DNA of 64,000 nt, from the NCBI GenBank assembly GCA_963693055.1, contig OY843751.1, positions 3,840,001 to 3,904,000 of the forward strand, given 5' to 3'. The stretch's first letter is position 1. The number at the start of each line of letters is the position of its first letter. This document shows, piece after piece, positions 29,078 to 39,700 of the stretch. Both the position numbers and the translations under genes were made by a program. This stretch comes from a bacterium (GTDB lineage Bacteria > Zhuqueibacterota > Zhuqueibacteria > Residuimicrobiales > Krinioviventaceae). The notes below the pieces were generated by a model, which was not told the origin of the DNA, searched no databases, and saw nothing but the letters and a program-made list of their open reading frames with translations.

Positions 29078-29729
29078 TAAAAATTATATAGCGCTTTTTG
29101 ATCTGGATCATACAATATTAAACGACAGTAGTGGAAAGATCTTGGCTTTGCAAGCCTTAAAAAAAGACATATTGAAACGAAGAGACATAATGGAAGGACT
29201 GTTTCTATCTTTTTTGTATAAACTGGGTTTAATGGATGGAGACAAGATCCTTGCACGCATGTCACATTGGATGCATGGCATGTCTGAAAAATGGATCAAC
29301 AATTTCATTGATGAAATGATGAACATGGCCATGAAACCCGCGATACGTGATAATGCCCTTCGCGAGATTGAATATCATTTAAAGAATAATGCACTGACAG
29401 TTATCTTGTCGGCATCTGTTACACATATATGTAAACCTATTCAAGATCACTTGGGAATGGATGATATTATATGTTCAACCCTTGAAGTTTCCGATGGAAA
29501 ATTTACAGGAACTACCGTTGGTCCCTATTGCTATGGCATAGAAAAATTGAATCGTGCTTTTGATTATTGCAAAAACCACGGTTTTGCACTGGATAATGCA
29601 TGGTTTTATACGGATTCTGTTTCTGACCTGCCCATGTTAGAGGCGGTTGGAAATCCTATCTGTGTTACTCCGGACAGAAAGTTGCAAAACATTGCCCGGG
29701 AAAAAGGATGGCCCATTAACTGGTGGTAA
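29064..29729 (+). CDS. HAD-IB family hydrolase
   Basis: FDLDHT, LSAS, K, YTDSVSDLPML. Confidence 0.9.
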   Translation: MAATDKNYIALFDLDHTILNDSSGKILALQALKKDILKRRDIMEGLFLSFLYKLGLMDGDKILARMSHWMHGMSEKWINNFIDEMMNMAMKPAIRDNALREIEYHLKNNALTVILSASVTHICKPIQDHLGMDDIICSTLEVSDGKFTGTTVGPYCYGIEKLNRAFDYCKNHGFALDNAWFYTDSVSDLPMLEAVGNPICVTPDRKLQNIAREKGWPINWW

Positions 29730-29747
29730 TCTTGATTAGGGGGATAA

Positions 29748-29981
29748 TTGTCTGCGTTAACACATTTTTTAAAATTATTCTTGTACATTCCTGAAATATT
29801 GCTGTTTTTTATGGCAGGAATTTTCATTCTTAAAACCGGCAGTTTTACAAATCCTTTTATTTATAAAAAACAGGTATATGGACCCATGTCATATATAGTT
29901 GCTGCTATATTGTTAATGCTAGCTATTTTGTACCTGATAGGATTTGTAATGGCGTTTAAATATTCTCTTCAAAATTATTAA
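29748..29981 (+). CDS. Small 2-TM hypothetical protein
   Basis: GGGG SD before TTG; IFILKTGSFTNP motif shared with the next gene. Confidence 0.55.
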   Translation: MSALTHFLKLFLYIPEILLFFMAGIFILKTGSFTNPFIYKKQVYGPMSYIVAAILLMLAILYLIGFVMAFKYSLQNY

Positions 29982-30254
29982 TTGATTACCATATTGGGTA
30001 TACCCGTGTTTAATTCAACTTTTTTTCCACACTATATACTATTCCTAGGATTTGTATTTACAACATTTAACAGCATATTCATATTTAAAACCGGCTGCTT
30101 TACCCACCCCCTTGACCGCAAAAAAAACATAGAAGGCTTGCCCGCATATTTAGCGGCCGTTTTTTTACTGGTCTTTGGTTTATGGTGTCTGGCTACTCTC
30201 CTTCTTGCATCGAACATGAGCATATCAAGTCTTGCCAGATATTTCCAGCGTTAA
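29982..30254 (+). CDS. Small 2-TM hypothetical protein, paralog of the preceding ORF
   Basis: IFIFKTGCFTHP...G..AYLAA; abuts the previous stop. Confidence 0.55.
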   Translation: MITILGIPVFNSTFFPHYILFLGFVFTTFNSIFIFKTGCFTHPLDRKKNIEGLPAYLAAVFLLVFGLWCLATLLLASNMSISSLARYFQR

Positions 30255-30347
30255 TTTATAATCATGAGAAGAAATAAATATTGACCCAATACCATAAATT
30301 ATTATATTTATATAGGGAGATTCATATCAAATACTAAGGGGATTCTC

Positions 30348-32957
30348 ATGAGAAAATGGTACGTGACATTCTGTATTCATCTTTGCATCTTGCTCAATTC
30401 TTTTGCTGCCACTCTAACCGTACCCGATGATTTGGAAACCATTCAAAGCGCCATTGATTCATCCAGTATTGGGGATACAATAGTGGTTAAACCGGGGAAT
30501 TATTATGAAAATCTGGCAATAATCAATAAAAATATAAAACTCTTTTCATTGTACGAGATAGACGGTGATACAGCCCATATCAGCAATACAATCATTGATG
30601 GGGGAAATACAAATTCAGTAATTTCCATCCAATCCGGGATCGATACTACTTGTATAATATCGGGTTTGACTATTACAAATGGATATCACTGGAGCGCGGG
30701 TGCCGGTATCAATCTGGTGAATGCCAGCCCTGTTATTAGAAATTGTATTTTGACAAACAATGGTGATGATTCTGACACCAACCCAACAGGCATTGGTGGA
30801 ATATCTTGTTATCTGGCGAATCCTCAAATTCAATCTCTGAAAATCACTCAAAATTACGGATCAGGGCTTACGGCAGTATACTCGAAACCTATAGTAACAG
30901 ATTGCATCATCTCTAAAAATGTGGGCAGTGGAATAAATTTGTCAGGAACTTCACAACTTACATGCTCAAAAACAATTATTGCAAATAACAAGGGCTTGAG
31001 AGGTGGAGGGATTTACAGTACAAATTCAACAATGAGGCTGGACAATACTACAATTTGCAATAATGCAGCCAGTTATGGTGGAGGTATGTTTTTCACAGAG
31101 GATGCAAACATTGAATCATCAAACAATGTCAATATTTATCTCAATAAAGCCTATTCCGATGGTAATGATCTGTTAGTATGGCAGTCCTCAATTTACGATA
31201 CAGTTATTACCCCGATTGAAATCAATATTGATACTTTTACAGTCAAAAATCCGGATGATTACTTTATAGCACCCAATTATGGATTTACTTTAAATATTAA
31301 AAATGAAAAAGTAGAAAAAGTCAATCATGACCTGTATGTTTCTCCAAATGGCAGCAATATAAATTCAGGACAAGATGCAGACCATGCATTAAAAAGTTTG
31401 GAATTCGCTCTGTTAAAAACCAATGCAGATAGCCTGAATCCGCAAACCATTTATTTGTCATCAGGAAAATACAGCAGTTCAACAACAGGAGAACAATTTC
31501 CTGTCAGATTACGCTCATATGTAACACTTGAAGGAGAATCAGATTCTACAACAATTCTGGATATTGAAAACCAATGGGAAACTGGAATTGTAGCTATTAA
31601 TTGTGATTCCATCAGTATCTCGAATATGACAGTGCAAAATGGCTTTGAACATGGGGGAATATCTATTAAAGGATCATCTATCAAGATGAACAATCTACTT
31701 GTTCAAAACAATACTGGTCATACAGGTGGCGGCATTTATTTTGTAAACAGCCATCTGGAGGTTAAAGATTTAGTATTGATGAATAATAGTAGAGTCGTTA
31801 CCGGCTGCGGAGGTATAAAAATAGATAATTGTACCGGGTATTTAAAGAACATTTTGTTTGATTCAAATGTTGGCGGTAACCAAAATGAAGAAGGTGGCGG
31901 CATGGCAGTCTTTAATTCTGCTATGAAAATGGACAGTCTTGAATTCATCAATAACATTAGCGGCACCAATGGTGGTGGTATTTATATGTATGATTCAGAT
32001 ATTTCTATAAGCAATTCAACATTTGATAATAATTCTGCCCTTTATGGCGGCGGTATAGCTTGCGAAAACACCAGACTTTTTCTTACAAATTCACGGATTA
32101 AAAACAACCACGCAGAAAACGCAGGTGGCGGGTTGGTTTGCTATCAATCGAGCCCCGAGCTGAATCGGGTTACTTTTGAAAACAATACGACTGCAAATTG
32201 GGGTGCCGCAATCAGTTGTTCTGAAAATTCAAGCCCTGTACTGGCTCATGTAACAACCCTTCACAACACGGCAGACCAATATGGCGGGGGTATTTTCTGC
32301 TGGCGGGGTTCAAATCCTGTTTTGGTTAATTCCATATTATGGGATGATCTACCTCAGCCTGTTGCAATAATGCATGATAAAGTGGCATGCTCCCTTACCG
32401 TGTCTCATTCATTGATTGATAACGGTTATGAAGGACTACTACTGAATGATAACGACATCATAAACTGGTTGGATGGCAACATTGTGCAAGATCCATTATT
32501 TTCACAATCTGCAATCCTTACAAAACACTCTCCCTGTATTGATGCCGGTACAACAGAGGTTATTTTGGAATCAGACACATTGTGGATTGACAATAGCCAT
32601 GACTATTGGGGTAAAGCTCCTGATATGGGTGCTATAGAGTTTGATCCGCTAACAGACGTCTCCCCTGTTCTTGCACCAGAAACATTTTCGGTACATTTGT
32701 CCAGTTACCCCAATCCTTTTAATTCATCAACAATGATTGAATTAGGAATTGATAAACAACAGGATTTGGATGTATCCATATACAACATGCTTGGCCAAAA
32801 AGTCAAACAATTGGTCAATAAAACGATGGATGCGGGAGAATATAAATTTCTCTGGGATGGTAAAAATAATTACGGAAATGATGCAAGCAGTGGTATATAT
32901 ATGGTAGTGTTTACAGGTAATATCAAAAAAAATATAAAAATTCTTTATCTTAAATAG
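30348..32957 (+). CDS. Secreted parallel beta-helix protein (GGGI/POMP-like repeats, DUF1565-like) with FlgD-Ig/T9SS-type CTD
   Basis: TIQSAID, repeated NNxAxxGGGI, YVSPNG, SPCIDAG, PDMGA, YPNPFN. Confidence 0.85.
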   Translation: MRKWYVTFCIHLCILLNSFAATLTVPDDLETIQSAIDSSSIGDTIVVKPGNYYENLAIINKNIKLFSLYEIDGDTAHISNTIIDGGNTNSVISIQSGIDTTCIISGLTITNGYHWSAGAGINLVNASPVIRNCILTNNGDDSDTNPTGIGGISCYLANPQIQSLKITQNYGSGLTAVYSKPIVTDCIISKNVGSGINLSGTSQLTCSKTIIANNKGLRGGGIYSTNSTMRLDNTTICNNAASYGGGMFFTEDANIESSNNVNIYLNKAYSDGNDLLVWQSSIYDTVITPIEINIDTFTVKNPDDYFIAPNYGFTLNIKNEKVEKVNHDLYVSPNGSNINSGQDADHALKSLEFALLKTNADSLNPQTIYLSSGKYSSSTTGEQFPVRLRSYVTLEGESDSTTILDIENQWETGIVAINCDSISISNMTVQNGFEHGGISIKGSSIKMNNLLVQNNTGHTGGGIYFVNSHLEVKDLVLMNNSRVVTGCGGIKIDNCTGYLKNILFDSNVGGNQNEEGGGMAVFNSAMKMDSLEFINNISGTNGGGIYMYDSDISISNSTFDNNSALYGGGIACENTRLFLTNSRIKNNHAENAGGGLVCYQSSPELNRVTFENNTTANWGAAISCSENSSPVLAHVTTLHNTADQYGGGIFCWRGSNPVLVNSILWDDLPQPVAIMHDKVACSLTVSHSLIDNGYEGLLLNDNDIINWLDGNIVQDPLFSQSAILTKHSPCIDAGTTEVILESDTLWIDNSHDYWGKAPDMGAIEFDPLTDVSPVLAPETFSVHLSSYPNPFNSSTMIELGIDKQQDLDVSIYNMLGQKVKQLVNKTMDAGEYKFLWDGKNNYGNDASSGIYMVVFTGNIKKNIKILYLK

Positions 32958-33047
32958 CAGGTTAATGCTTGTTTTCCAAAGCCTTTTTTTATATATTTAT
33001 TCATTCACGGGAAGTTTTATATTTTCTCATAAATAGAATATAAACAT

Positions 33048-34799
33048 ATGATTACTATACCAGGCCCCAAAAGGTTAATTCTGTATTTTTTATCAGCGTG
33101 GAGTGTGCTGCTTATATTCAGTCTGTCTTTACTTACCATTCGTTATAATGCAACTATCCACGCTATAAATAACAACACGAGACTGGTACAACAAAATGAT
33201 CTGGATGATGCTGCCAGAAACATTCAATCCGCATTTAATGAGATATCTTCAGACATTTTCTATCTATCAAAATCACAAATAATACAAAACTATATCAATA
33301 ATAGAAATCGTGAAAATATCATTCAGGATTGGATAGTTTTTATTAAAGAAAATCCCTATATAGATTCCATAAGATTAATAAGCACCAATGGTAAAGAAAA
33401 AATCTGTATAGAGTACAATAATGGCTTTCCAACCAGTGCGCCTGATGATATTCTTGGGGATCTGTCATCAGATCAGGATTTTAAACAAATCCTAAAATTA
33501 AATCCGGATGAAATATATCTCTCCTCTTTTCATATCAATACTGAATTTGAACGGAAACACCCGGTAAAAAACAAAGCTGCAAAAATTGCAACTAGAATAT
33601 ATAACGCAGGTGTACCATATGGAATCTTGATGTTTATATATCATCCCGAAAAGATTATAAATGGTATCTCCTCTAACCTGTTTTTAATTGATGCCAATGG
33701 TGATTATTTAATACATCCTTTGGCAGACTCGATATGGATATCCCCAAATGAGCTAGAGTCTCCCTTTTCTACTACTCACACTACAGTATGGGATTCTATA
33801 AAAATCAGCAATTCCGGAATGTTGAAAATGAACGGATTTGAATATCTGTATTCTACAATACAACAGGATATATATTTTATCCATAAAGAGGCAGCCTCAA
33901 GTCCTTCATCAATCAAAGCAGGTTTGAAATTAATTTCTGTTCTTCCCAACAGAGACATTGCATTACAAATCAAGAGTACAAAACACAATTTTTCAATCCT
34001 TTTCCTTATCATTACAATGTTTACCCTGTTGATTGCTGCATTGTTTACATGGGTAAACCAGAGTAGAGAAAATGCCGTTGCAATGCTTCAGGCAAAAGCA
34101 AACGAACTGGAAGCAAACAATAATACCAAAAACAAATTATTTTCAATCATTGCACATGATCTTCGAAATCCCATAGGTGGCATTAAAAACGTTCTTGAGC
34201 TGTTGGTAGACAAGAGTTTAAACATTGATGAGCAAAAATCCAGAGAGCTGACTGTGGAATTACTAAAATCCGCAGACATGACATACAACCTGCTCGAGAA
34301 CCTGTTACTCTGGGCCAAAAACCAGAAAGATGAAATCAGAGTAGATTTTAAAATATTTGCATTAAAAGATGTTATAGATGAAAATGTTAAATTTGTTGCA
34401 CCTATGGCCAGGAAAAAAGAGATTGAATTGATATCCCAGGTAAAAGGAAACTGTAAAGTGTATGCTGACCCGGATCTGGTCACAACCGTTATTAGAAATT
34501 TGCTAACAAATGCATTGAAATTCACACAACCGGGTGGTACGGTAACAATAAAAACAAAAAAAATCAAAAAATATATCAGAACAAGTATTATCGATACGGG
34601 GGTAGGCATAAATCAAGAGGATATTGATAGCATTTTTGCTCTCAACCTCAAATCTACATATGGAACCGCAAAAGAAAAAGGAAGCGGTTTAGGGTTAGAT
34701 ATATGCAAACATTTTGTTGAACTCAATAAAGGCAGCATTTGGGCAAACAGCAAAAAAGATCAAGGCAGTGAGTTCCATTTTACCATACCTGTACCCTGA
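33048..34799 (+). CDS. Membrane sensor histidine kinase (periplasmic Cache-like domain)
   Basis: Two TMs, IAHDLRNP, NLLTNALKF, DTGVG, GSGLGL. Confidence 0.9.
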   Translation: MITIPGPKRLILYFLSAWSVLLIFSLSLLTIRYNATIHAINNNTRLVQQNDLDDAARNIQSAFNEISSDIFYLSKSQIIQNYINNRNRENIIQDWIVFIKENPYIDSIRLISTNGKEKICIEYNNGFPTSAPDDILGDLSSDQDFKQILKLNPDEIYLSSFHINTEFERKHPVKNKAAKIATRIYNAGVPYGILMFIYHPEKIINGISSNLFLIDANGDYLIHPLADSIWISPNELESPFSTTHTTVWDSIKISNSGMLKMNGFEYLYSTIQQDIYFIHKEAASSPSSIKAGLKLISVLPNRDIALQIKSTKHNFSILFLIITMFTLLIAALFTWVNQSRENAVAMLQAKANELEANNNTKNKLFSIIAHDLRNPIGGIKNVLELLVDKSLNIDEQKSRELTVELLKSADMTYNLLENLLLWAKNQKDEIRVDFKIFALKDVIDENVKFVAPMARKKEIELISQVKGNCKVYADPDLVTTVIRNLLTNALKFTQPGGTVTIKTKKIKKYIRTSIIDTGVGINQEDIDSIFALNLKSTYGTAKEKGSGLGLDICKHFVELNKGSIWANSKKDQGSEFHFTIPVP

Positions 34800-34965
34800 A
34801 AGAATTACCCAATACGTACTTTTTATCACATGAATGTAATATCTTCTTGAACACTGCAAGACAGCAAACAAAAAAACAACAAGTTACACCATTACAATAT
34901 TTATAATTATGGCTTATTTTTTGCTAATAAATCAATAATGTTTTATTCAAAAACTGCAGGTTAAA

Positions 34966-36480
34966 ATGAATTCTGAAAAGTATTATACAGATCTCTTCAA
35001 CAATGCACTGACCGGTATTTATCAAAGCTCAACTGATGGAAAATTTTTGCATGTCAACCCGGCTATGGCCAGAATAATGGGATATTCAAGTGCCAAAGAA
35101 TTGATAGAATCTATTGATAATATTCAGAATGTTTATATTTATAAAGAACAGCGACAAAAACTGCTTTCACTAATCGACGCTGAGGGGTATGTAGAAAATT
35201 TTATTTCACAAATATATACCCGTGACAATTCAGTTATATGGATTAGTGAAGAAGCCTGGACGATTCGTGATGAGAGTGGAACCGTTATTGGCTTTCAAGG
35301 CATGGTTAAAAACATCAGCCCAAAACGCAATCTGGATGAGAGAATAGCCAAAAAGCAAAAAGTGGCCCACCAAATTCAAAAAATGGAAGCCATCAAGACC
35401 ATGGCAAGAGGAATCTCGCATGATTTTAACAACATTCTGAGCCCCATTGTTGGTTATACAGAAATGCTGCTTGAATTCAATACCCATGATGAAAAGACAG
35501 AAAGATATCTGCAAAACATTCTCAAATCAGTCAACAAGGCCTCAGACCTTTCCGCTAGAATTCATACACTTGCTCAACCTGCAAACTTTAAATCCCAGCC
35601 GGTTTATCTTGATGCGGTTATGGATGATGTAATGAAAAAACTCACCATTTCAATGCCCCCTACTATCAATGTAGATATAGATATTGCGCCAGATATGCAT
35701 CCCGTACTCATGGATGAAAACAACATGTATTATATTCTAATGAATCTGTGTACAAATGCATATATGGCAATGGCCAATAAAGGCGGAACCCTCATGGTGA
35801 AAATCCACCAGGGAGAGCTAGATGGGCAATTTATCAATGAAGAGTTGTTAGACTTGTCTCCGGGTGAATTTATTATTTTGCATGTTAAGGACTCGGGTGT
35901 GGGCATACCGCCGCATGCATTGGAACGTATATTTGATCCTTATTATTCTACGCAACAAAAAGGTAAAGGCCTGGGATTATCTTTATCATATAGCCTGATC
36001 AAACAGCATGATGGAGATATTCAGATAAATAGCAAAGAAAGCAGCGGTACAAGCATAACCTGTTATCTACCGACATTTGATACCATGCTGGACAAAAAAA
36101 ACAACGCTAAACCTTCCAAACACATATTGCTGGTAGATGATGACAAGGATGTGCTGGACATTCAAAAAAAAATGATTGAGAAACTGGGCTACCAGGTAAC
36201 CGCTTTTATTGAAAGTCCCATGGCGTTAGAATCATTCAAAGACTCTCCTGAATCTTTTGACCTGATATTAACCGATATGAACATGCCACAAATGACCGGA
36301 ATCGACTTGTCTAAATCCATATTGAGTATAGATTCGCAAAAACCTATCATATTATGCACGGGATTCAGTGACAGTGTAAACGAATCTCTGGTAAAACGAG
36401 TGGGTATTAAAAAGTTTATCCTTAAACCTTTAACTACACAAAAACTGGCAAACGATCTGAGATCTGTTTTTGAAGGTTAA
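34966..36480 (+). CDS. PAS-domain hybrid histidine kinase / response regulator
   Basis: PAS, HDFNNIL, NLCTNA, DSGVG, GLGLS, receiver LLVDDD...DMNMP...KP. Confidence 0.9.
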   Translation: MNSEKYYTDLFNNALTGIYQSSTDGKFLHVNPAMARIMGYSSAKELIESIDNIQNVYIYKEQRQKLLSLIDAEGYVENFISQIYTRDNSVIWISEEAWTIRDESGTVIGFQGMVKNISPKRNLDERIAKKQKVAHQIQKMEAIKTMARGISHDFNNILSPIVGYTEMLLEFNTHDEKTERYLQNILKSVNKASDLSARIHTLAQPANFKSQPVYLDAVMDDVMKKLTISMPPTINVDIDIAPDMHPVLMDENNMYYILMNLCTNAYMAMANKGGTLMVKIHQGELDGQFINEELLDLSPGEFIILHVKDSGVGIPPHALERIFDPYYSTQQKGKGLGLSLSYSLIKQHDGDIQINSKESSGTSITCYLPTFDTMLDKKNNAKPSKHILLVDDDKDVLDIQKKMIEKLGYQVTAFIESPMALESFKDSPESFDLILTDMNMPQMTGIDLSKSILSIDSQKPIILCTGFSDSVNESLVKRVGIKKFILKPLTTQKLANDLRSVFEG

Positions 36481-36760
36481 TAATATATATCATAAAAACA
36501 TCTTGCTGGCAAAATATTTTTCTTCATACCAGGAATTTTTCTCTATTTAATATAATTATAGATGATGCTTAATTACATTTTTGTAAATCAATTATATACA
36601 AATATGTGATTCTATGCATTTCAAAAACCTGTCAACCGCATTCAAGTATAATAAAAACAATGCCGGAATATACTTGTTTATGTTTGCTATAACGGTATGT
36701 GATTTGCATAATACAGTTATCTAGAGTTGGAGTAAAAATAAAAAAAACCGGTAAAATTTT

Positions 36761-39700
36761 ATGAGTAGTATTCGTGTTCGTCTTCCCTTTTTGTCTTTAC
36801 TTTTTGTCCTTTTGTCACAATCTCTTTTTTCACAAAATCTTGGTCTAGATCCTGATCCTAACCAAATCAATGCGGTGCGTTTTGACCCATCCTATTATTA
36901 TAATTCGGATCTTGAAATCAAAGATATGGCCCATTCCCTGCTGCAAACCTGGAAAGCAAACGGAATTAATACTGTATTTTACAAAGTATATGATCCCGCT
37001 TATGGTGCGAAATATGTTACAGACTATGAATTTAACATTATGGCAGATTATGGCAGACAGGATCTTTTATCATATATCATTGATGCAGCCCGGGAAACGG
37101 GTGACATGCAAATTATTGCATGGATACCCGCATTTCTACACAAATCCGCTTGGGAAAACAATCCTGATTGGCGGGTAAAAAACAAAGATGGAAGCGATTA
37201 CCAACCCAATCCTGAAGACTATTTTCTATGCCCTGCAAACGCTCAGGTCCGTAGCTGGTGGATGGGTTTTATTAAAGATATTCTAAACAATTATCCTGCT
37301 CTGGATGGTGTTGATATTGCAGAGCCTATTGTTAAATGGAATGATCATCGCTGCTATGGCGAACAATGTACTCTATCTGATGATCCCCTATATACTTCAA
37401 AAGCGCTGATAAAAACCTTGAATGAATCTGTTGAACTGATCAACAGCTATGATAAAATATCCTGCATCACCTCTGTTGTTACAGCAAATCGAAATGGCAG
37501 TTTGTTATCAATTAATGAGCAACAATTAAAGTCCGGATTCCATCTGGATGGTGTGCTGGATTATAAATCCCCGCCAAACTGGATCAATCTGGAATTAATG
37601 TGGCAGCAATGGGCAGATTACTATAATGCTGCTAATATTTTTACTCCTGAATGGACCCAAAAAGCCGCTAAAACAGTGGTCCAATTTGTAGATGACCGTG
37701 CAACTTTGATAGCGCATCTTGAACAAACCTCTTTTGGACCTATAAAAGTTGACGCAGAGCAGCTGAATAATGCTATACAATACAGCAAAAAGGCCGGAAT
37801 TGAACATATAGATATTTACGATACCCATTTACTGGATGAAATGAACGCATGGGCAGTAATAAAACCGTCCTTGGAATATGTACCTACAAAGAATATTCTG
37901 GTATTGACGGATCCCAATGGTGAAAATGACGCAAAACAAATTGCCAGCCTTCTCAGCCATTTCAAAACCAATATTGAATTTATCCAACTGGGCAATGATA
38001 CTCCATTACCTGCTATGGACTCTATGCAAACCGTATTTTATGTAGGTATTGATGAAAAATTTCAGATTCCCGTACCGGTACTTGATGCGTTGGAAAGCTT
38101 TACCGGAGATCTGTGCTGGATCAATTACGGTGTTGATCAATATATTAAAAACATTGGAATTGAAAAGACCGGTTTTTATGTAAATGCCATTCATCATGAT
38201 TCATTATATCAATCAGTGCCTTTTAAAGGATATGACCTTCCCCGATTTGATCCTTCATATGTTGAAACCACTATTACTGACAGCAGCAAATGTCGTGTAT
38301 TGGTTGAAATGCAAGGCAATAAAGGCAGCCTCCCTTATGTGATTAAAAGTAGTAATCTCTGGTATTATGCGGATCTGCCAACCGCGTTTGTAACCGAAGG
38401 CGGCAGACATATTGTTATTAGTGATATGCTGCATGACATTGTACGTGAAGACCATAAACCCAAAAAATTGGCACTGATCAGAATTGAAGATATTCATCCC
38501 ATTTCAGACATAAAAGCATTGGAACAGGTGACCGGGTATTTAAAATCTCAGGATGCGCCCTATAGCATTGGTATTGTTCCCTACTATCTGGATCCTGAAT
38601 CTAATTTGACAGCTACATTGAATGACATGCCGGATTTTGTTGATTTTGTGCACAAGACCATGAAATCGGGCGCCACTATAGTTATGCATGGTTCAACCCA
38701 TCAGTTTAGAGGTGAGACCACTGCAGATTATGAATTCTGGGATGGTATGACTGAAGAAGTGCTATTCTCAGACTCGAAGGAATATGTAAGGCAAAAGATG
38801 CTGTCAGGGTTGCAGGCATTTAAAGAAAATGGGATATACCCAATCATTTGGGAAACGCCTCATTATGCCGCGTCACAAATGGATTATGGCGTCATTAATA
38901 ATTTTTTCAATACCGCATATGAACGCAGACAAACAGTAGACAAACACGGTTCCGATCAACTCTTGCCATATATGATTTATAATCATACTGCTGGCAACAA
39001 AATCATCCCGGAAAATTTGGGGTATATCCCTCTTGACGATCCGAATTCAGCCCCCATGCTTCAGGCTGCCGAACATAATCTGGCAATTCGGGACGGTGTA
39101 GCCAGTTTCTTTTTCCATACATTTGTTGATCATAATGCTTTAAAAACCATTGTGCCCAGCTTGAAAAAAATGGGTTACACTTTTACATCGCCACGCTATA
39201 CATCATCCAAAGTAATAGCGCCGGAATACCAGGCACTAACTGGTGATGGTTCTGTAAACCTTACACTAGATGGACAGTATTACCATGAATTTTACCTGGA
39301 TATCAAGGGCAAGAAAAAGAAAGAACTCTATTCTGACTCTACCCTGACTGAAACTGTTAGTAAAGATGTCAAGGTTCCCATGGGTTGGATTTTTATTGCA
39401 GAAAAACTGGATGATAAACCAAAAGGATTTTTTGCAAGAGCAGTCAGCACAATAACTCCCAATGTGCCCGAACTTTCTAAAACTATCTTTAATACTAACT
39501 CGAAATCATTAATTGATGAAGGTTCTTTTCCCATCAGTGCCGGAATTATTGTTGATTCCACCGCAACAGGCCCTGTGGGTATCTCACAAAACAATCTGAT
39601 TAAATCATTACAGGTTGTTGGCATTGATGTACAGATTCTACCCTTTGAAAACCTGATAGAAATCCCCAATGATATAAACATACTGGTTGTTCCCAAGGCA

